Source: Candidatus Omnitrophica bacterium UBA6215 (GTDB lineage Bacteria > Omnitrophota > Gorgyraeia > Pluralincolimonadales > Pluralincolimonadaceae). From it: 64,000 nt of DNA. The stretch covers positions 17,278-81,277 of the forward strand of contig DISH01000007.1 of the NCBI GenBank assembly GCA_002421665.1, given 5' to 3'. Made by a program: the position numbers and the translations under genes. This document shows, one piece after another, positions 58,439 to 64,000 of the stretch (position 1 is the stretch's first letter; every line of letters begins with the position of its first letter). Under the pieces are notes generated by a model. That model was not told the DNA's origin. It searched no databases and saw only the letters and a program-made list of their open reading frames with translations.

Positions 58439-60745
58439 TTAACCGCACTTGGAATAACCGCAACCCTTGCACACCATGCAGCCTTCGACATGCTGCAGCG
58501 CGCCGCCGCAATCCGGGCAAACCCCTACCACATTACCAAGTTTATTCTTGGCTTTAGGTTGCTCCGCTACCGTCTCCGAAGGCACTTCCGCGGGTTTTTT
58601 GGTATTGAGCAGGCGCCTTTCTATCACCTTTGCCAGGGCATCGGCGCATGAGAATATCCTGCCGCCTTTTTCCCACGAAGGGTTGGGACAGCGTATGCCG
58701 TTGAGCTGTTCTATTATGGAATGCGTATCGAGGCCGCAGCGCAAGGCAAGGGATACCAGCCTGCCTATCGCCTCGAGTTGGCTGGCCGAACATCCGCCGG
58801 CCTTGCCCATCTGGGTGAATACCTCGAAAGGCATCCCGTTCTCATCTTCGTTTATAGTGATGTAGAGGTTCCCGCAACCTGTCAGGATCTTCGTTGTCGT
58901 TCCCCTTACGACTTCCGGTCTGGGGCGCGGCGAAGTCCTCGCCTTATCCTCCTGCCTCGGCAAGGCTGCTGCCTCGGTTCCCCCGGCATGCGCTTCTTTT
59001 CGCTCAGCGCTATCTTTAGAGCGTGCTATATAAAGGACCTGCTCTTCACGGCTGCCGTCGCGGTATATCGTAACCCCTTTGCACCCCATCTTATAGGCCA
59101 ACAGGTATACCTCGCGCACATCGTCCGGAGTAGCGCTATTGGCAAAATTCACGGTCTTCGATACTGCGTTATCGGTATATTTCTGGAACGCGGCCTGCAT
59201 CCTTATGTGCCATATGGGGGCTATGTCGTGGGCCGTCACAAATACCCTCTTTACGTCTTCCGGGACCTCCTCTATGTCGTGCAGGGTCCCTTTTTCTGCT
59301 ATCTTCTTCATCAATTCTTCGGAGTAGAAACCGCGTTCTCTCGCCGCTTCCTCAAAAAGCTTGTTGGTCTCGACCAGCCTGGTCTTGTCCATCACCTCGC
59401 GGTAATAGGACAAGGCAAAGAGAGGTTCCACCCCGCTGGAGGTATCGGCTATTATAGAAAGCGTCCCGGTCGGGGCTATCGTAGTAAGGGTCGCGTTCCT
59501 CATGCTCGGGCCGTCAGAATATACGGAATCCTTGAAATTCGGAAAGGTGCCTCTCCTTAGCGCCAGTGCGTGCGATTCCCTCCTGGCCTCTTCCTGGATG
59601 AAAGACATGACCTTCTCGGCTATCTCAATAGCTTCGTCCGAATTATACGGGACACCCATCTTTATGAGCATCTCGGCAAAGCCCATAACGCCCAGGCCTA
59701 TCTTTCGGTTGGCCTTGGTCATCATCTCTATCTGCTGGAGAGGGAATTTGTTCATGTCTATGACGTTATCCAGAAAATGGACCGCAAGGCGGGTTGTCTC
59801 GCGCAGTTTCTCCCAGTCTACCTGCGGGGAAGACATGTCCGTCTTTACCATCTTTACGAGATTTATGGAACCCAGGTTGCAGCTCTCATACGGCAAGAGG
59901 GGCTGTTCGCCGCACGGATTAGTCGATTCTATCTGGCCTACCTGAGGGGTCGGGTTGGATTTATTTATCCTGTCCAGGAAGATTATGCCGGGTTCGCCGT
60001 TCTTCCATGCCCTCTCTACTATCATGTCAAATACCTTGCGAGCGTTCAGTTTCCCGATAACCTTTTTATTGTGCGGGGATATAAGGTCATATTCTTCATC
60101 GCGCTCGACCCTCTTCATGAACTCTTCAGTTATCGCGACTGAAATATTGAAATTTGTTATGTCCCTGTCCGTCTCCTTGCACTTAATGAAATCCAGTATA
60201 TCAGGGTGGTCTATCCGCAATATGCCCATGTTAGCCCCGCGGCGCGTGCCTCCCTGCTTTACCGCGTGCGTGGCAGCGTCAAATACCTTCATGAACGAGA
60301 CCGGACCGCTGGCTATCCCTCCGGTCGTCTTGACCATGGAGTTGGCCGGGCGAAGCCGAGAGAAAGAAAAACCCGTGCCGCCACCCGAACGGTGTATGAG
60401 AGCGGTATTCTTTATGGTCTCGAATATCGATTCCATCGAATCGTCTATCGGCAGGACGAAACAGGCCGACAACTGTTGCAATTCGCGTCCGGCATTCATC
60501 AGGGTAGGCGAATTCGGAAGGAAATCCAGGTTACTTATTACGGCACAAAATTCATCTTCCAGCTTTGATGCATTATAATCGGGGTCATAATATAAATCCG
60601 CTGAAGCTATATTGCGCGCTACCCTCCTGAACAATTCCTCGGGAGTCTCTAACGGTTTTCCCTCCGGGTCCTTCCTGAGGTATCTCTTCTCGAGTACCTT
60701 CCTGGAGTTTGCCGATAACCCGTTCTCTATTCTTGTATCTCCCAT
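58439..60745 (-). CDS. nrdJ: Class II (adenosylcobalamin-dependent) ribonucleotide reductase with C-terminal Zn-ribbon
   Basis: 768 aa NrdJ pattern (ten-stranded barrel region, ...NPCGEQPLLPYESCNLGS...). C-terminal CPDCGG...CMVCKGCG. Confidence 0.9.
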   Translation of the reverse strand: MGDTRIENGLSANSRKVLEKRYLRKDPEGKPLETPEELFRRVARNIASADLYYDPDYNASKLEDEFCAVISNLDFLPNSPTLMNAGRELQQLSACFVLPIDDSMESIFETIKNTALIHRSGGGTGFSFSRLRPANSMVKTTGGIASGPVSFMKVFDAATHAVKQGGTRRGANMGILRIDHPDILDFIKCKETDRDITNFNISVAITEEFMKRVERDEEYDLISPHNKKVIGKLNARKVFDMIVERAWKNGEPGIIFLDRINKSNPTPQVGQIESTNPCGEQPLLPYESCNLGSINLVKMVKTDMSSPQVDWEKLRETTRLAVHFLDNVIDMNKFPLQQIEMMTKANRKIGLGVMGFAEMLIKMGVPYNSDEAIEIAEKVMSFIQEEARRESHALALRRGTFPNFKDSVYSDGPSMRNATLTTIAPTGTLSIIADTSSGVEPLFALSYYREVMDKTRLVETNKLFEEAARERGFYSEELMKKIAEKGTLHDIEEVPEDVKRVFVTAHDIAPIWHIRMQAAFQKYTDNAVSKTVNFANSATPDDVREVYLLAYKMGCKGVTIYRDGSREEQVLYIARSKDSAERKEAHAGGTEAAALPRQEDKARTSPRPRPEVVRGTTTKILTGCGNLYITINEDENGMPFEVFTQMGKAGGCSASQLEAIGRLVSLALRCGLDTHSIIEQLNGIRCPNPSWEKGGRIFSCADALAKVIERRLLNTKKPAEVPSETVAEQPKAKNKLGNVVGVCPDCGGALQHVEGCMVCKGCGYSKCG

Positions 60746-60768
60746 AACTTACCCCCTTTCCAACCCAA

Positions 60769-60797
60769 AGTATAGTCAAGCCCTAGTAGCTTGTCAA
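60769..60797 (-). promoter_or_regulatory. Near-consensus sigma70 promoter for nrdJ (TTGACA -17 nt- TATACT) with GGGGG Shine-Dalgarno 8 nt before ATG
   Basis: Minus-strand read: TTGACAagctactagggcttgacTATACT. -35 at 60792-60797, -10 at 60769-60774. The ATG at 60745 is preceded by aaagggggtaagtt. Confidence 0.5.
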
Positions 60798-60831
60798 GAA
60801 AAAAATACCATATATTGTGGCTCCCGTCGAC

Positions 60832-60867
60832 AAAAACCCCTTATTTTGTGTTTAAAACGGGGTTTTT
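60832..60867. terminator. Symmetric hairpin AAAAACCCC-(18 nt)-GGGGTTTTT; possible bidirectional intrinsic terminator downstream of rtcB/small ORF
   Basis: 9-bp stem (4 G:C + 5 A:U) with U/A runs on both strands. Lies between the small ORF and the nrdJ promoter. Loop is long, so weak. Confidence 0.3.
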
Positions 60868-60894
60868 GCTAAAACCAAATCCTCCTATGGAAGG

Positions 60895-60963
60895 CTACTT
60901 CTTCTTTGATTTGCTCTTGGTTTTTTTGGTCTTCTTCTTGCTTGCACAGCAACAGCAACCCAT
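60895..60963 (-). CDS. Candidate small ORF (22 aa) MGCCCCASKKKTKKTKSKSKKK with strong RBS
   Basis: Own translation. ATG at 60963-60961 preceded by AAAGGAGGG (7-nt spacing). Stop TAG at 60897-60895. Sits 15 nt downstream of rtcB stop. Low-complexity, so may be spurious. Confidence 0.3.
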   Translation of the reverse strand: MGCCCCASKKKTKKTKSKSKKK

Positions 60964-60978
60964 ATTCTTTCCCTCCTT

Positions 60979-62433
60979 TTACCCCTTGACCGAGATCAAG
61001 GGAACCGTCATCGCGACTCTCTCCGCGATACCGGCATTGTGCACTACATCGACTACCTGAGCCACATCTTTATATGCGCCCGGGGCTTCTTCCGCGACGC
61101 CAGATAAACTGTGTCCTTTGATGATTATACCACGTTCTTTTAATTGCGCAACTAAATCTTTTCCGCGCCATCTTTTTTTTGCGGACTCACGCGATGATAT
61201 CCTGCCCGCGCCGTGTATCGACGTCCCGAACGTCTCATCCATCCCTTTTTGCGTGCCGTGCAGTATATAAGAGCGTGTCCCCATCGTCCCGCCGACAAGT
61301 ACAGGCTGCCCGACGGCCCTGTAAGCGGACGGCACTTCGGGACGACCCGGGCCGAACGCGCGCGTTGCGCCTTTCCTGTGCACTATAAGTTGCTTCTCGA
61401 CGCCGTCGACCTTGTGTTTTTCCGTCTTTGCGGTATTATGGCCTACGTCGTAAAGGGTCGTGACCGTTCCTTCGTTGACACCGAGCGCAGAACGCAGCGC
61501 TTTTCTCGTAAGATGCGCTATGACCTGCCTGTTCGCGAACGCGGCGTTGATCCCGCAGTTAACGGCCTTGAAATACCTCCTGCCCTCTTCGCTCTTGAAA
61601 GGCGCGCAGACAAGCTCCCGTTCGCGGACAGGGATATCGTATCTCCTTGAAGCGGATTCCAGCGTCTTAAGATAGTCCATGCCTATCTGGTGGCCGAGGG
61701 CACGGCTGCCGCAATGTATCGATATAAGCACCTGCCCCCTGAACAAACCGAAAACCCGCGCAGAATCCTCATCAAATATCTCTTCGACGGCCTGGACCTC
61801 AAGATAGTGGTTGCCCGAACCAAGCGTGCCGATCTGGCTCGACCCGCGCCGCTTCGCCTCGTCGCTTACCGTATCGGGATCGGCGCCATTGACGCAGCCC
61901 TCTTCCTCGGTAAAGATCAGGTCTCCGGGTGTCCCGTAGCCCCTCTCAACGGCGAATCTTGCGCCCTTAACCAGGACGTCGTTTATCTCGTTCTTCGATA
62001 ACTTTATCCTGCCTTCCGAGCCTATACCGGCGGGAACGGTGCGGAATAATTCATTGGCGAGATTTTCTTCCTTCCCTTTCAGATCGTCGCGCGTCAACCC
62101 GGTCTTGAGCGTGCGCACACCGCAGTTGCAATCGAAGCCGACCCCTGCGACGGATATGACGCCATCCTGCGTATCGAAAGCACCGATGGCGCCTATCGCG
62201 AACCCGTAACCCGGGTGGATATCGGCCATCGCAAGCGAGGCCTTCTGTATACCGGGCAGGCAGGCGACGTTGCGTATCTGGACCAAGGCATTCCATTCCT
62301 TGCCGCGGCTAACGTCATCTACGAGATGCTTTATAAGGTCCTTGTCGGCATAGATCTTCCCCGGCACAAACATCTCGCCGGACTTCGGTATCTCCCAGAC
62401 AAGCTCGCTTATTTGCTTGAGCTCGATGCTCAT
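60979..62433 (-). CDS. rtcB: RNA-splicing ligase RtcB
   Basis: Start at internal Met (MSIELKQ...), ATGA overlap with archease stop. RtcB metal-binding His/Cys pattern. Confidence 0.9.
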   Translation of the reverse strand: MSIELKQISELVWEIPKSGEMFVPGKIYADKDLIKHLVDDVSRGKEWNALVQIRNVACLPGIQKASLAMADIHPGYGFAIGAIGAFDTQDGVISVAGVGFDCNCGVRTLKTGLTRDDLKGKEENLANELFRTVPAGIGSEGRIKLSKNEINDVLVKGARFAVERGYGTPGDLIFTEEEGCVNGADPDTVSDEAKRRGSSQIGTLGSGNHYLEVQAVEEIFDEDSARVFGLFRGQVLISIHCGSRALGHQIGMDYLKTLESASRRYDIPVRERELVCAPFKSEEGRRYFKAVNCGINAAFANRQVIAHLTRKALRSALGVNEGTVTTLYDVGHNTAKTEKHKVDGVEKQLIVHRKGATRAFGPGRPEVPSAYRAVGQPVLVGGTMGTRSYILHGTQKGMDETFGTSIHGAGRISSRESAKKRWRGKDLVAQLKERGIIIKGHSLSGVAEEAPGAYKDVAQVVDVVHNAGIAERVAMTVPLISVKG

Positions 62434-62858
62434 ACATCCACCACGCACTGCAGGTAATGGCTGCCGTCCCTGAACTCGTATTTCAACCCGAAATATGTCG
62501 CGGCCTTGACCTCCGTTCTTACGGAATGTTTTTTGGGGTCAATCTTCTCGCCGAAGGCCGTGCCTTTAAGCCGGTACACGTCGTAACCGAAAGGTTCTAT
62601 GGACTCGACCTTGAAATCCTTGAAAACCGTCTTCTTTAGATCAGATTGGGTGAGCAATTTATTGAGCCATTCGACGAACAGCGCGGGGATGTCGCGGGCT
62701 TCACAGGATATATCTACAGAGGTTTTCTTCTTGACCTTCTTGAGGTCAACCATTATATCGAACAAAGCCTTTCCGCCCTGGACGAACGTTCGTTCAAGCG
62801 TCCTGTCCCAGGCGCGGATTCCGATATCGGATTCATGTTCGAGAAATTCGTAGGGCAT
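62430..62858 (-). CDS. Archease (RtcB activator)
   Basis: 142 aa, MPYEFLEHESDIGIRAWDRTLE... archease N-terminal motif, immediately upstream of rtcB. Confidence 0.85.
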   Translation of the reverse strand: MPYEFLEHESDIGIRAWDRTLERTFVQGGKALFDIMVDLKKVKKKTSVDISCEARDIPALFVEWLNKLLTQSDLKKTVFKDFKVESIEPFGYDVYRLKGTAFGEKIDPKKHSVRTEVKAATYFGLKYEFRDGSHYLQCVVDV

Positions 62859-62868
62859 GACGGCCCTT

Positions 62869-63618
62869 CTATTTCTTGGCCTTCCCCTGGTTGGCGACGG
62901 CTTCCATCGCCTTCTTTACTTCTTCGGGATCGCCGAGATAATAGTGCTTGATAGGTTTAAGGTTATCATCGAGCTCATAAACAAGCGGCATACCGGTAGG
63001 TATATTAAGCCCGACGATCTCCTCATCGGATACGTTATCGAGATATTTCACGAGCGCGCGAAGCGAATTCCCGTGCGCAGCGATGATGACGCGTTTACCG
63101 CTCTTTACCACGGGCGCTATCGTCTCGTGCCAGTACGGCAGGAAACGCGCTACCGTATCCTTAAGGCACTCGGTCAAGGGGACCTCATCAGGTTCAAGAC
63201 CCTCATACCGCGGGTCTTTCGCGGGATTGCGAGGGTCGTTTTTCTCGAGCACTGGAGGAGGGGTATCATAACTGCGGCGCCATACCAACACCTGCTGGTC
63301 GCCGTATTTCGCGGCCGTCTCGGCCTTGTTCAATCCCTGCAGGGCACCGTAATGCCTTTCGTTCAGGCGCCACGAATTATATACGGGTATCCACATGAGG
63401 TCCATCCCGTCAAGCGTTATCCAGAGTGTACGTATGGCCCTCTTAAGGACGGAGGTAAAAGCCACATCAAAGACAAATCCTTCTTTCTTCAATACTTCTC
63501 CGGCTTTCTTAGCCTCGGAAAGGCCCTTCTCCGAAAGATCGACATCGGTCCAGCCGGTAAAACGGTTCTCCTTGTTCCAGGCGCTCTCGCCATGGCGCAG
63601 CAGCACGATCTTATACAT
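62869..63618 (-). CDS. gpmA: 2,3-bisphosphoglycerate-dependent phosphoglycerate mutase
   Basis: 249 aa with the GpmA catalytic His motif [10 protein letters not shown] and the RHG family pattern. Confidence 0.9.
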   Translation of the reverse strand: MYKIVLLRHGESAWNKENRFTGWTDVDLSEKGLSEAKKAGEVLKKEGFVFDVAFTSVLKRAIRTLWITLDGMDLMWIPVYNSWRLNERHYGALQGLNKAETAAKYGDQQVLVWRRSYDTPPPVLEKNDPRNPAKDPRYEGLEPDEVPLTECLKDTVARFLPYWHETIAPVVKSGKRVIIAAHGNSLRALVKYLDNVSDEEIVGLNIPTGMPLVYELDDNLKPIKHYYLGDPEEVKKAMEAVANQGKAKK

Positions 63619-63647
63619 TACTGTCTCCTTTTTGTAAGCGGTATCTA

Positions 63648-64000
63648 TTATATATTAAAAGCGTCCTCGAATTCAACATCGTCAAAACCGCCGCCCGCCT
63701 TCTCGACATCCATGAACCGCTCTATTATGCTGCCTTCCTGGAGGAAGCGCGATACTTCGGTAAATATACCTCCAGCCGCATAGCCGCCGGAATAGTTCTT
63801 CATCCACCTCGCGGAACGGTCTATCGCAGGCTTAAGGAGTATAAGGTTCTCCTTGGCTCGGGTCGCCGCCACATAGAACAAACGGCGTTCTTCCTCTATC
63901 GCGTCCTCATCGTCTATGGACTGGTAAGAAGGAAGGTGCCCCTCGGCGACATATATAAGGAATACCGTGTGCCATTCGAGGCCTTTCGCCGAATGTATGG
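63648..64000 (-). CDS. UvrD/PcrA/Rep-family DNA helicase, C-terminal fragment (N-terminus beyond window end)
   Basis: Own extension of ORF to the window edge gives ...[14 protein letters not shown]...[21 protein letters not shown] (helicase motif VI region). Confidence 0.7.
   Translation of the reverse strand, partial: IHSAKGLEWHTVFLIYVAEGHLPSYQSIDDEDAIEEERRLFYVAATRAKENLILLKPAIDRSARWMKNYSGGYAAGGIFTEVSRFLQEGSIIERFMDVEKAGGGFDDVEFEDAFNI

Noticed and set aside
60899-60960. CTTCTT/GTTTTT low-complexity tract as a possible CRISPR or tandem repeat
   Set aside because: No regular repeat-spacer periodicity. Too short. It is better explained as the Lys-codon-rich small ORF on the opposite strand or as a plain spacer.
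60746-60980. Possible cobalamin riboswitch upstream of nrdJ
   Set aside because: The promoter is only ~24 nt from the start codon, so there is no room for a ~200-nt aptamer. No B12-box-like conserved element was seen by eye.

Overview
This is a 64 kb contig from a diderm bacterium (OprB porin, AsmA, MlaFED, L,D-transpeptidase, amidase), probably an uncultivated anaerobe. Anaerobe markers are indolepyruvate:ferredoxin oxidoreductase, class II B12-dependent ribonucleotide reductase, two-subunit class I fumarase, lysine 2,3-aminomutase and RtcB/archease. An Omnitrophota-like lineage is possible but not demonstrable from sequence alone. About 55 protein genes, 3 tRNAs (Pro-TGG, Arg-TCT, His-GTG) and a tmRNA (ssrA) directly downstream of smpB are supported. 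More than 80% of genes lie on the minus strand. Conserved blocks: iorA-iorB-paaK-ACT; a sugar locus (GT4-glycosidase fusion, GH130, MFS sugar porter, OprB porin, epimerase); fumA/fumB-rph-rdgB; queD-queC-queE; murI-amidase; smpB-ssrA; a long minus-strand array (purH, folC, mnmE, folE, accA, partner-switching pair, mlaEFD, spoVG, yraN, comM); kamA plus two Ddl-like ATP-grasp ligases; dcd-nrdJ; rtcB-archease; gpmA; and a partial uvrD-like helicase at the window end. The most unusual element is a 2508-aa multi-pass membrane protein (28707-36233). Its core matches OpgH/cyclic-glucan-synthase-type processive GT2 glycosyltransferases (DxD, LSHD..ES and RDxRW motifs between two TM bundles). This core is followed by an ~1450-aa helical extension with diverged ~125-aa tandem repeats and a C-terminal TM anchor. 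It sits directly downstream of an alpha-glucan phosphorylase and a YbaK-like gene. It is a candidate undescribed giant polysaccharide synthase. Other points of interest: an AT-rich (~35% GC) partial glycosylation island at the 5' end (GT2 + GT-C); a kamA-ddl-ddl cassette suggesting beta-lysine ligation chemistry; a SpoIIAB-type Ser kinase / STAS (MlaB-like) pair embedded in the Mla operon; and a tiny Cys4/poly-Lys ORF with a strong RBS between rtcB and the nrdJ promoter. The high GC content generates many long antisense ORFs, which were rejected.
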